Positions 24,916-36,300 of a stretch of 40,408 nucleotides of DNA are shown in pieces; position 1 is the stretch's first letter, and every line of letters begins with the position of its first letter. The notes under the pieces are model-generated. The model was not told where the DNA came from, made no database searches, and saw nothing but the letters and a program-made list of their open reading frames with translations. A program made the position numbers and the translations under genes. The DNA is from Octopus bimaculoides (taxonomy: Eukaryota), in NCBI RefSeq assembly GCF_001194135.2, contig NC_068982.1:167079274-167119681 (forward strand), read 5' to 3'.

Positions 24916-25129
24916 CTTCCATACTACCACTTGGGGCCTTTAATGCAGTTGTCACTGTTGCAGACTTCTGCTGCTCAGTATAACTCCACTTCCTGTTCTT
25001 TGGGGACCTTGAGCAAAATCTGCTCTGTTACAAGCATTTGATCCAGTCTTGGCTCTGAAGATAACTTTTCATTGATCATCACTCCCTTAGAAGGAGTGTG
25101 GGGCATGTACTTCCTCCCCTGACTAAACC
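24916..25129 (-). other. Candidate 214-nt non-coding 5'UTR exon of PSTK
   Basis: Strong acceptor atgcttttctttttgtag|G and donor GGAAG|GTATTT on the PSTK strand; less AT-rich than the flanks; not recognisably a repeat. All three frames contain stops. Confidence 0.35.
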
Positions 25130-25189
25130 CTACAAAAAGAAAAGCATTTTGACTAAGTCTCTAGTTTGAGATTTCTTCCTCTTTCCAGA

Positions 25190-25850
25190 ATGACAAAGAC
25201 CTTGTAAAACATTATGGGCTCAACTTTTAAGAAAATTAAACTCAACAATAAAAGAGCAATAATAAAAACATAAACCAAATCTGCTCCTTGTAGACTTAAT
25301 AAAAACAGATGTAACATCAATGTCATCAGAATAATCAAAAAAAAAAAAAAAAAAAAAAAAATCTAAGTAGCATCCACAGTAGTCACAAAGAAAGATAAGT
25401 TGTCTCAAGCCTTAATGAAATCAACAAAAATAAAGGCACCCAAAAATCAACGACAGCCTTACTACATTGCATAAGACTTGTTATGAAATGTGACGATGAT
25501 TCTTTTAACTGAACAAACTGATGTTATTAAGAACTAGATTAAAAACAAAACTTCATACAATTCCAATAGCAAGAGAAGAGACCAATTTGGCAGAGGAGTA
25601 TAGTTGAAGTGATCCTCATGGATGAAAATATTTAAAACACATGCAGTAACTGAATCACTATGAAAAGGAATATAAGAACAGTAATAGTTCAGATGTTCCA
25701 AGAAATAAACTGGAAAGCACTACAAGGTGATAAGATAAACTTTTGGTTCAAATATTCAACAGGCAGAACACCACCTGAATGACTCACTAATGGAAAACTC
25801 AATTCCCAGCAACATCACAAAACTATAGACCAATCAGCTATCTGTCAATA
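25190..25850 (+). mobile_element. Highly decayed RTE-like LINE RT fossil
   Basis: Scattered fragments (KLSQAL, AVTESL, ...RN KLE) are consistent with RTE RT; no continuous frame. Confidence 0.3.
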
Positions 25851-26559
25851 GAATATAAAGTCTTATATTGTACTAATATCAGAGATGATAATTACCTGGA
25901 AAATAACAAATTTCAGAAGAACAGAAGTGAAGCTATACCAGCTCATATGGTTGCAAAGAAAATTACTAGCTATTAAATCCTTAATCAAGAATGTAGAAAA
26001 AGAAAGATCAATCTGAGTATGGCATGGATTCGTTAACTTTTGACATGTTTCTCCATCCACAGATTCTAAAGGAATAAGCTGTTTAAGGCAGCAATAACAA
26101 AGAGCTACATCAAATATAGAGGCAAAGGTTTGTTAGAGTCATTAGAAAAGCAGATAAAATATTTTGTATTTATTCTCATTCTCTGCTCTCTGAGTTCAAA
26201 TTGTGTCAAGTCCTACTTTTGTCGTCCATTCGCTTAAGATTAATAAATAAAGTACCTGTTCAATATTGGAGTCAATTCTTCAGCCACTCTTTCTTACTGA
26301 AAGAAATTACTTGATGTTCAGCCCTGGAGAGGGATTGGCCCAACCAGGTTTAAAATGCCAAAAAACATGCCATGTGTCATGATACTGCCCCCTATAGTAC
26401 CAGCATGGATTGAGAGCCAAAGAAAGGAAAGAAAAAAAATCAACTGTCATGGCTAAAGGACAAATAATTCTACATATAGAAAAGAGAGAATTTTAAAAAT
26501 CAATCTCGTCCCTATTAGAAGAGGATGTTTAACATCTTTAACCAATGTGCCAAAGTCTA

Positions 26560-27430
26560 GACTTAGATACAGGCAATCAAGCATCTTTTGTATATTGTTG
26601 ATATCAAGGTGTTGACTGCAGATGATAAACAACAGCAAACACATACAATGTAGGAATTGATATTGAAATTTAGTAAAGGAAATTTACAAAAGCAATTTTA
26701 AAGAGAGGAAATTTTTTTTTTAAATCAGGAATATCAAGTTAGATAAAGAAGTAGAGATAAGAGACTTAGACTAAACAGACTTGGAAATACTCAGGAATTA
26801 AAGAACAAGATAAAGTACAATGCATGCACAAATGAAAGAAAAGGTTAGGAAGGAATGTTATTGACAATTGTAAGACAAAATAAAAGCCTTTCTACCAGGA
26901 ACTACCAAAAAACATACAATGAGGTAAAACACACACAAAATAATAAAATATGTGGAGGTCATGAAAAAAACAATCATGTTTTTTTTTGGTTGCCCAGTCT
27001 TAGCTAAATGGGAATATACAAAGATGCATGATGAAATGGAAATAATGAAATATCTATGGAAAGAAGATGATACAAACATACACTACAAATGGTTTCAAAG
27101 AATGACAAAGTGACCATACTCTAGGACATGCAAATTCTTACAAGGAAATGTATAAAGGAAAGTCTGTTAGATATTGTCAAAAGTCACTAGGAAAAGAAAT
27201 GTTTCCTAATTAATAAATCAATTCCAACAGATGACAAGAAACTATACAAATATAATGAATTGAAAATAGAAATATTCAGAATGAGGGAAATGAAAACAAT
27301 CCCTACAAAAATAGATTTCAAGAAATTATAACAAAAAAGAAGAATTAATAAAACCTCCAAGGTTTACAGATATAGCATTACTAGGCATTGCACACATATT
27401 ACATGGAGTACTTTCAATACATAAGAAAAA
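26560..27430 (+). mobile_element. R4/Dong-like non-LTR retrotransposon fossil (RT plus restriction-like endonuclease)
   Basis: IKHLLYIVDIKV (compare INHLLYMDDIK), W/YKYLGI-like, SIPTDD..YKYNELKIEIFRM (compare AIPSD...KY.DLKIEI.RMW) and terminal DIALLGIAHIL (compare ALLGTAHIL). Confidence 0.65.
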
Positions 27431-27559
27431 CTCCCAAAGAAATCACCAAAATTCCAAAGCCCACAGAGCTGTGCTTGGTTTTGTAGTGAAAATACATTAA
27501 AAAATAAAACACCTTAAATAACAACAGCAACAACAACAATAATGGTATCTCTTTCTAAG

Positions 27560-27712
27560 AGAGGCACAAGACCAGCAATTTGGAAGTGCAGGAGGTTAAT
27601 TGATTAAATCAATCCCAGTACTTGATTGGTATTTAAAATTTATTGACATTGGCAGAATTTGAACTCAAAGCAAAGCATTCCAGTGCTTTAATGATTCTGA
27701 CAATTTACTGCC
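27560..27712 (-). mobile_element. Decayed family D SINE
   Basis: aagaccagcaattt...cccagtacttgattggtattt...ggcagaatttgaactc...gattctgacaatttactgcc. Confidence 0.6.
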
Positions 27713-27713
27713 C

Positions 27714-27747
<34 letters not shown>

Positions 27748-27750
<3 letters not shown>

Positions 27751-28278
27751 GGCAGTGGCTCTCATGGCTTCTGATCTTAATTGATTAGAAGTGTTATCAT
27801 GTCCATTGTTTTGTCTTTGTATAAAAGGTGGGCTACAGCAAATATTCTGCTTAATACCACAGATTTGCTTGTCAGTTGTTTGACCTTAACCAGTTGAGCA
27901 TGTCCCTTGGTGGCTGACGATATGTGCATCTCTGATCATGAGCAAAAGTAGTGGTGGAGCATCATAGCCATGTGTTGAGAGGAATTCTTTGGGGTTTGAA
28001 TAATTCATCTTTGGAAACATGGGTGTTTTGCTCAACATCTTTAAACAAACCTTATTCAGGGACCTTTTGAGTAGGATGGGCTCCTCGACCCGAAGAAAAT
28101 TCTAACTGGGTCCCACCTGCAAGGTCATGCGCTGTTTATCTTGATATGAGATCACCATGTCGCACACATATGGTTGTGATGCATGTGCCTGGTGTACCCT
28201 TATCAGACGGGTTGTCATGATGGGTATAATGGGCTTTGTATATTTTACCCCAGTGTCACTGTGATGGCATGTACTGCT
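27748..28278. mobile_element. ~530-bp interspersed repeat (family E) flanked by (AAT)n on both sides
   Basis: Less AT-rich non-coding block between (aat)n arrays; I recall it as an abundant octopus repeat, but only one copy is in this window. Confidence 0.55.
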
Positions 28279-28764
28279 CTCTCACTCAATAATAATAATC
28301 ATTTAAAGTCCATGTTTCATACTAGTATGGGTGGGATGGTATCACAAGAGCTGGTCAGGCCGAAACCTGCACCAGACTTCTGTGACTGTTATGGCAGGAT
28401 TTTTACAGCTGGATGCCCTTCCTAACACCAACCACTCAGGAGAGTGGACTTAGTGTTTTTTATGTGGCACAAGCACAGGCGAGGTGAGTAGTGCTTTTTA
28501 TATGGTACAAGCACAGATGAGGTCAGTTTTGGCAAGGTTTTATTTAATAATAATAATAATGATGATGATGATGATGGTCATGCCCATCAATTTCAATGCA
28601 CGAGTGCTTGCAGAAAAGGCTTAAAAAGAAGCTGCATCTATTTGTGATGGACACGTGAATATAATTTGAGCCAAGATATGGATTTTGCTATGAAGTCACA
28701 ATGGGGACAATGATGATTTTGATTTTGCTTAGGCTTGGAGAGATGTGTCTGTTGATTGCAAGAT

Positions 28765-29715
28765 TCAACTGGTACTTATTTTTACTGACTCAAAGAATGA
28801 AAGACAAAGTTGACTTCAGCAGAATTTGAACTCAGAATGTAAAGACAGATGAAACGCTGCAAAGCATTTTGTCCAGCATGCTGATGATTCTGCCAGCTTA
28901 CAGCCTTAATAATAATAATGATAATAATGATCCTTTCTACTCTGGGCACAAGGCCTGAAATTTGAGGGAGGGGGACTAGTCAATTATATTGACCCCAGTG
29001 CTCGATTGGTACTTATTTCATCAACTCTGAAAAGATGAAAGGCAAAGTCAACCCTGGCAGAATTTGAACTCAGAACAAAGATGGATGAAATGCTGCTAAG
29101 CATTTTGCCAAGCATACTAACAATTCTGCCAGCTTGACTAATAATAATAATGTGCCCTAAGTATGATAAAAAAGGGACGTTAGAAACATCTAGATAACAT
29201 CTCAGGAAAACCATGTCTCACAGAAATCCAAGAGATTGTGCTGACAAGTATTGCCCAGATCCCTAGAAAAACCCTATCAATTTAGATGTTTGTGTTGTAT
29301 TATATGGAAGTACTTCACTACTGTCCAAGCCACTTCCCCTCCCCAAGCTTTCAGTTATACTGTAGCATCTCTTCACTTGCCCCAAGATGCTGGGTATGTT
29401 TCGGCAAGTGGTTGCAACTAACATGCAGATTAAAAGTAAATAATAATAATGATTTCAACTAGTACTTATTTTATCATGCCCAAAAAGATGAATCACAAAG
29501 TTGACCTTGGCAGAATTTGAATCCAGAACATAAAGACAGATGAAATGCCACCAGGCAGTTTGTCCAGTGCGATTCTGCTAGCTCACAACAACAACAACAA
29601 TAATAATGATGTAAACCAAAGTCATCCTTAGTGGAATTTGAACTCAGAATGTAAAGAAGTGAAATGCCGCTAAACATTTTGTTTGGCATGCTAACAACTC
29701 TGCCAGCTTCCCAAC
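28765..29715 (-). mobile_element. Head-to-tail cluster of four family D SINEs separated by (AAT)n/(AAC)n
   Basis: Copies at about 28765-28905, 28930-29135, 29450-29585 and 29620-29715, all minus. Confidence 0.75.
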
Positions 29716-30639
29716 TTAAATAATATGGTTTTCAACTTGTCTACAAATTAGCAGAGGAGGAAAATACTCAAATTGACAATAGTACTTGACTGAAACTTTA
29801 CTTCTTCAAAGTAAGAAAGAATTACTGAGTAAAACTACTTTGACATCCTAAAAAATAGTAGTCAAGTGTCCTTCAAATCACACCTTATAATCTGTAAAAA
29901 ATAGCATTGTGTATCTTGGACTACATAAGATAATGTAATAAAAAATACACAATGTTTGAAAGAGAAAAAAATTTGGATGGTTATTGCTGCAACACCTACA
30001 GTTCTGCTCAATCAAGGGTGACTCAAGTTTAAACGATGACGACAATATGGAGAATGACAAAATATTGTTGGTGGTAGTAAAATTTATGAATATCCTGGAA
30101 AGAATACAAATTGATAATACAGTAACACACCTACTGACATGATTTCAATTACATACTAGGTGACGCATTACCAATCCCATAACAGCCCACATGTTACATA
30201 TTCACAGAATTATTAGGTGTTGAATTTAAAACAAGAATAAAAAGAACAAAATTACAATGAAATGAAAAGAAGAAATAAAAGACTTTCATAAAATGTTGAA
30301 TCAGCTTTCCCCTATTTCCAACAGAATATCAAGAACGAAACTTATAAAAAAGAGCAAAACATACTGATTGGTAAGATTTGAACCACATATCTATCATGTA
30401 TTAGGTGACTGCATGACCATTTACATAACAGATGACCTACTAATCACTCTTTCTCAAATTAGGAACTTAAATGTTTTCAATTTATATTTTTAGATGTGCA
30501 ACATTCATCTCAACAAGATAACTTAATAGCAAAATATGTTAAACTATATATGTATACATATAGGTGCAGGCATAGCTATGTGGTCAACCAGCTAGCTTTG
30601 TAAACACATAGTTTCTCATGATGTCAAAGCCATATATAT

Positions 30640-30779
30640 ATCATCATCATCATCATCGTTTAACGTCTGCTTTCCATGCTAGCATGGGTTGGACGATTTG
30701 ACTGAGGACTGGTGAAACCGGATGGCAACACCAGGCTCCAGTCTAATTTGGCAGAGTTTCTACAGCTGGATGCCCTTCC
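30640..30779 (-). mobile_element. Young 5'-truncated family C copy within (TA)n
   Basis: (atc)n gtttaacgtctgctttccatgctagcatggg...ggatgcccttcc, flanked by (TA)n on both sides. Confidence 0.88.
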
Positions 30780-30806
30780 ATATATATATATATATATATA
30801 TATATA

Positions 30807-30933
30807 CAGGGTGTCCACAAGGTCTGGGTACATGGAGTAAATAGAATCATAACATAAACAATTAAATATAAGAAATAATAATTTCTTAAAATATGTGTTA
30901 ATCTCCATGTACCCAGACTTTGTGGACACCCTG
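30807..30933. mobile_element. 127-bp Tc1/mariner-type MITE
   Basis: 31-bp TIRs (30807-30837, 30903-30933) CAGGGTGTCCACAAG/AGTCTGGGTACATGGAG with 1 mismatch; TA on both sides; AT-rich 65-bp interior. Confidence 0.88.
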
Positions 30934-30939
30934 TATATA

Positions 30940-31336
30940 TTCTCTTTTCTTTTACTTGTTTCAGTCATTTGAATGTTGCCATGCTGGAGCAATGCCATGA
31001 AGGGGTTTAGTCGAACAAACCAACCTCAGGACTTATTTCTTAAACCTAGTACTTATTCTATTGGTCTTCTCTTTTGCTTAACCACTAAGTTACAGGGAGG
31101 TAAATACACCAACAGTTGGTTGCCAAGCAGTGGTGGTGGTGGTGGGGGGGGGGAGACGAACCCAGACACAAAGATACACACACACATATATACAACGCAC
31201 TTCCTTCAGTTTCCGTCTACCAAAGGCTTTGGTCAGCCTGAGACTATAATAAAGACACTTGCCCAAGGTGTCACACAGTGGGACTGAACCCGAACCATGT
31301 GGTTAGGAAGCAAGCTTCTTATCACACAGCCATGCC
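30940..31336 (-). mobile_element. Family AB SINE, diverged full-length copy
   Basis: Reverse complement of the 554-956 architecture. Confidence 0.8.
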
Positions 31337-31360
31337 AACACGTTCGTTCATTCATTCATC

Positions 31361-31397
<37 letters not shown>

Positions 31398-31559
31398 CAT
31401 TTTAATGTTCACTTTTCCATGCTTACATGAGTCAGATGGAATTCATTGAGGCAAATTTTTGAAAAGCTAGATGAGTAATGTAATCGATTAGCCCCCCTCT
31501 CCCAAAATTTCAAGCTTTGTACCTATAGCAGAAATGGTTATTATTATTATTAATAAGGT

Positions 31560-31760
31560 GGTTGTTGCTTGTACTGCATGACTGGCTCCCATGTCGGTGG
31601 CATGTAAAAAGCACCATTTGAGCGTGGTCGTTGCCAGTACTGCCTGACTGGCTTCCATGCCGGTAGCACATAAAAAGCACCCGCTACACTCTCGGAGTGG
31701 GTGCAGCCTTCTGGTTTGCCAGCATGGAAGGAGGACGTTAAATGATAATGATGATTATTA
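31560..31760 (+). mobile_element. Older family C copy with internal deletion
   Basis: Tandem units catgactggctcc...gtaaaaagcaccatttgagcgtgg, then the tail gcatggaaggaggacgttaaatgataatgat. Confidence 0.65.
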
Positions 31761-31771
31761 TTATTATTCAG

Positions 31772-31990
31772 GTGGTGAGCTGGCAGAATCGTTAGCATGC
31801 CAGGCAAAATGCTTAGCGACATTTCACCTATTGCTACATTCTGAGTTCAAATTCTGCTCAAATTGACTTTTGGGGTTGATGAAATAGGTACCAATTGTAT
31901 AATGGAGTCAATGTAATCGATTATCCCCGTCATCCAAAATTTCAGGTTTTGTGCCTATAGTAGAAAGGATTATTATTATTATTATTATTA
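31772..31990 (+). mobile_element. Family D SINE with (ATT)n on both sides
   Basis: ggtgagctggcagaatcgttagc...ttctgagttcaaattc...gtgcctatagtagaaagg(att)n. Confidence 0.8.
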
Positions 31991-32759
31991 TTATATAATG
32001 TATCATAATAGCAAGGTACGTCCACCACAGTTACGTTTATGACAAAAAAAACTAACCTTATGAAGCAAATTATGACTGACTCAGCTACTGAGATTTTCAA
32101 CTCAATCATATTAGACATATGTAACAATTTGGGAGAGGAAAGAGAAACAGTGATTGGAGCTGAATCATGTAGCTTATAAAGTATTGAAAAATATAATGGT
32201 ACAGAGACCATAATAGAAGAAATAGAACAAAGAATCAAGACAAAGGAAGGGAATATGAATATGAATATATATATATATATATATATACAGATAGATAAAT
32301 AGATAGGTATAGATAGCTACAATAAATAAAGCAGTATAAACAAAAGGAGATTTTTATGAATAATGAAAGTGAATTTTATCAGCAACTTGCGCTAGAGAAT
32401 GAGAAAATATAATACAAGATTCTGGTAAATCATCATAATCCTAGACACACTTCTTAAGTAATAAACTGAAATATTTATTGAAAATTTTTTTAGTCAAGAA
32501 GAAGAGGCAGTGGCAAAGATATTTTTACAAAGCTCCTGATTCTGGTGGAAGGCGGGAGGAAGGTATCCTCAGCTAGAGACCTGGCATAAATACTTGCAAT
32601 AAAGTGAACTCTTCTAAAGGCACTCAGAGTATTTTTAGTAGAGTTTCACCAAAGTAGGTCATACCTGGATTGAATTCCGAATGCAAAGAGCCAGAACAAA
32701 TACAAGGCATCCACAATTCTATGTTTAAGAGATGAGGAATTATGTACATTATTTACATT

Positions 32760-32840
32760 TGACGGATATTTGTCCTCATCTTGTTTGTTGTTAACACAAC
32801 ATTTCGGCTGATATACCCTCCAGCGTTCATCAGGTGTCTT
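32760..32840 (-). ncRNA. Hammerhead ribozyme-like core (possibly inactive)
   Basis: CUGAUGA (32833-32827), stem II GCUG/CAGC, GAAA (32805-32802), then hairpin UGUUGU-GUUA-ACAACA. I could not close a canonical NUH/stem I. Confidence 0.4.
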
Positions 32841-32906
32841 GGGGAAATTTCAAACCTGGGTTCTCATTCCTAAGGTATTTTTCGATGTTATTATTATTAT
32901 TATGCA

Positions 32907-32979
32907 GGTCACTGCCTGGAATCGAACTTGGAATCTTGGGGTTAGTAGCCTGCGCTCTTAACCACTATGCCATATACCC
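32907..32979 (-). promoter_or_regulatory. tRNA-like segment with Pol III A and B boxes (not a functional tRNA)
   Basis: TGGCATAGTGG (A box) and GTTCGATTCC (B box) at tRNA-like spacing; acceptor and T stems do not pair properly. Confidence 0.6.
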
Positions 32980-33019
32980 ATGGGCAATTTTGGAGTGAAT
33001 TTTAAGGCTTATAAGTCTA

Positions 33020-34140
33020 ATATTCTCCTATCCTTCCGGTTCCCATATGCTACTCATAACTGCACTCGGTCTGCTTAGGAGGTTGTTGTGTCCTAACATA
33101 TGTGCTGCTTCTTTTAGTTTTCATATTTTCCAGTGGTGTTCTCTGTCTATTATTTTAACTTCATCCCACAGGGGGAAGTGGTCTCCATTTTTCCATACAT
33201 GATCAGCTATACCCAATTTATCAATATCTTCCTGTGTCACAGCTTTGCGATGTTCCTCTACCCTTATTTTGAGGGGGCGATATGTTTCACCTTTGTATAA
33301 CCTACCACAGCTGCATGGGATGGAGTACACGCAGTTCTTAGTCCTATTCTCTTCTATTGGTGGTTTTACTCGGAGATATTTGTGAAGTGTTGTATTACTT
33401 TCAAATACTGTCCTGATGTCATATGGATCACATATCTTTTGTATCGTTTCAGAGAGGCCTTTCACATAGGGTAGACAGACTGGGGACAGTTTATCGGTTT
33501 CATCCTCTCTTTTCTTCATAATTGGAGTGGAGAGTATGTTTTTGGAGTAGTTGTTGCTTAATAGATTGTTACTGAGCTCGACCATTTCTTTGTGGTGGGT
33601 ACCACGAGCGTTACTTATATTCTTTGCTCGATGTTTTAGTCACTGAGCAATTCCTCTCTTTACACTGTATGGATGGTGGGAATTGAAGTTAAGATATCAT
33701 CCAGTGAAGGTCAGCTTGCAGTATACGAATGTCCTGAATCCATACTTGGTGCGTGTTATTAATACATCCAGGAATGCTAGCTGATTGTCTTTTTCCTTTT
33801 CCATTGTGAACTGTATGGATGGTTTTATTGAGTTCACATGATCTAATAGCACTTGGACATCTTCCTGGTGGGGCCAGAGTATAAAGGTGTCATCAACATA
33901 TCGCAGCCATAAGGTTGGTTTTAATGGTGTTGATCTTAAAGCCAAATTCTCAAAGTATTCCATGTATATATTGGCTATTATCAATGATAATGGTGAACCC
34001 ATAGCTAAACCCTCTTCTTGTCGATATATATCAGTGTCCATACTGAAATAGGTAGTTTCTACACAGAACGTCAACATGTCCATCAAGTTTCTTATTGGTA
34101 TACTAGTGCGTTCTTTTAGGTGGGTGTTCTTTGAGAGGCA
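33020..34140 (-). pseudogene. Penelope-like RT/GIY-YIG ORF, single frame broken by three TGA stops
   Basis: Stops at 33699-33697, 33642-33640 and 33123-33121; the frame continues YLNFNSHHP.SVKRG and KLKEAAHML; no frameshift seen. Confidence 0.85.
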
Positions 34141-35329
34141 TTCTGAAGATAAAATATCAAATAATGGACTTTATTGTATGGAATACTTAATATATCAAAG
34201 CTGAAAAGAAATTAGTATTGTAGGTAGAATTAATGAAAACATTTTAGCATATAATTGGATGGATGATGAGAAATATAACATCTATTTACACTGGTGGAAT
34301 ACTTGTACAAGTGTGAATCATGGTGGACAGATGATGATTTGCAATGATTTCAGAGGAACAAGTTGAGTATATTTTGTTAGACATGCAGGGCTAACTTAAA
34401 AGAACATTTGGGAACAAGAAAATTGAGGAAAGAGGTGAGCATCAGCAAATGTAAGCAGGGAAAATAATTGTTAGTATACAGATACAGCATAAACAGATGA
34501 CTTTTTTTAAAGTTGCTCTTTAGCTCTGTGTCGGCTCTAGTCAAGCAGGCTTATGATGAAAAGCATTTCAACCACAACTAGTCAGTTTTTGTTTTGTCAG
34601 ATGTAGTGTTAGTTAATAAGTGCTATTTTTTAAAGACAGTAGGTGTGATTTGAGGAAGATTTGGTTGTCATTTCTTGCAGGTTGATGACTGCTTAGAGGT
34701 TCTCTCATTGACATGATTTTTGCATGTTAAAAAAAAGATGATCTCAGTTGGCAGAAGAAAGAGCTTATCTAAATTTTGTAGGTCAACAGAAATGTTCTAC
34801 AGTTAAGAATGGTGTAACATTAAATGTCAAAAACAGATGTTCTATGGCAAACCCATTCAACCCATGCTAGTATTGGAAAATAGACATTACAACCCTAAGG
34901 ATGATAACAATGATGATGATTCTGTACTCTTTGAGAGGAAGAGACGAACCTACTGCTAGAGAAAAACTTTCCTTTCGTGTAGAGAAGAATATTTTTTTTC
35001 AACTTTTTGGCTAAGATTCTCATTGAATTTCTATAGTTGAAAAATTTGGCAGAAAATCAAAATCATTAGACTAGATATTTCTGTGTTGTAGGTTGCTCAA
35101 AACAACCAAAATAACAACACATTCTCGTCATTTGTCTCCATACCACCTAATTTTTTTCCTCAATAAACATGTGATGAATTTCATTCACAAGTATTCCTTT
35201 TTAAACTTTGATTCTTTTTTTATGTCTGAGAGTAAAGCTTCTTTTATATCAGCACCGATTTAAAACAGCAAATCAATGTCGTTTCATTTAAATTGGTTTA
35301 GTCTAGTCAAAGGACTGCGTGCATGGGTT

Positions 35330-36300
35330 CTGCAGGCTTCCAAGACCAGCACGATTCATGCTATTAGCAACGCTGCTTGAACTGCCAAAGGATGCAGGAT
35401 AAAAAATGTGTGTGTGATTTCCAGAGGGATGATATTTTGAAGAATAAGTTCAGAATGAACTAGGAGCTGTGTACAATCAGGTGATGAAAAGTAAAGGAAA
35501 AAAAAATGACTTGAGAGTAACCGTATGGAGGCAGAATTATACCAGTCAACTCTGAGAAGTAGTACTACCATCATTACCACTGTAATACTGGTAGAAATGA
35601 GTAGACAGAGGAAAAGAGAGAGAGAAAAGGCAGCATGTGTATGGGTCAGAGTCTTAAGTCTATGAGCATTTTCATCCCAATTTGTTTGGATGTGATCTAA
35701 GACATCTGTATGTATAACAACAACATCATTCTAGATGTAGAAGTAATACTCCACTGTGGGCTTTACCTGAGCTGAATATTAAGTCTTCAATATGCAATCT
35801 TTGCTATGTTGCGAATGTGTGTTTGCTAGGAGTATTTGAAGCAAGCAAAAAGGTTCTAGTTGCTGTTTGTGCTATTTTCTTGTGATATTTTCTTGGTAAG
35901 TTCAGTGATTATTTTTTTTTGCTGTTAAATGAGACAAGGCTGGCATTTAAGGTCTTTGTTTATGGAATTGGTGCACATTTAGCATAAAGTGTCTAGGCAG
36001 CATGTGGAAAAAAAATGTTGGATGTGAATGAAGGATGATACCATCTGCATAGAAGTAGGTATTACTAAGTCATTTATGTAAGTGGAGAGAACATGGGGAC
36101 AAAACTAAATCTCAAAGTACACAAGAATTGATAGAATGTTGACTGTCAGACTGCATTATAATATGATAATGCAGTATGAAAAAGAAGCCAACAACCCAAG
36201 AGACAAGTAATGGATGCAACCCATAGGCAAGAGATCAATGTACAAGATATAGTTGAAACCTCTGCTGAGGCTGAAGGCAACAAAAATGCTTTCACCAAAT
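35330..36300 (-). mobile_element. Decayed CR1/L2-group LINE RT fossil
   Basis: Minus fragments resemble ALDISKAFDRVWH (FVAFSLSRGFN), INSGVPQGSVLSP (INSCVL*DLVLSP) and QVRPTMEY (QVKPTVEY). Confidence 0.55.

Larger units (their letters stand above)
32715..34145 (-). mobile_element. 5'-truncated Penelope-like element (RT plus GIY-YIG) with 3' terminal region
   Basis: RT motifs QEEGLAMGSPLS, RYVDDTF, FTMEKE...FLDV; GIY-YIG CVYSIPCSCGRLYKGET. The two listed ORFs are in one frame. Confidence 0.9.

Noticed and set aside
29995-30140. Plus-strand open stretch after cctacag (possible exon)
   Set aside because: No recognisable protein, weak polypyrimidine tract and no partner exons.
32907-32979. Possible tRNA gene (for example tRNA-Sec near PSTK)
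   Set aside because: Acceptor and T stems do not pair, and there is no UCA anticodon or long variable arm. SINE heads elsewhere are likewise only tRNA-derived.
33020-34140. Three in-frame TGA codons in the Penelope ORF beside a Sec-pathway gene (selenocysteine recoding?)
   Set aside because: Two fall at expected Arg positions (CGA to TGA, CpG decay) and one at a likely Cys; the element is 5'-truncated and no SECIS is visible.
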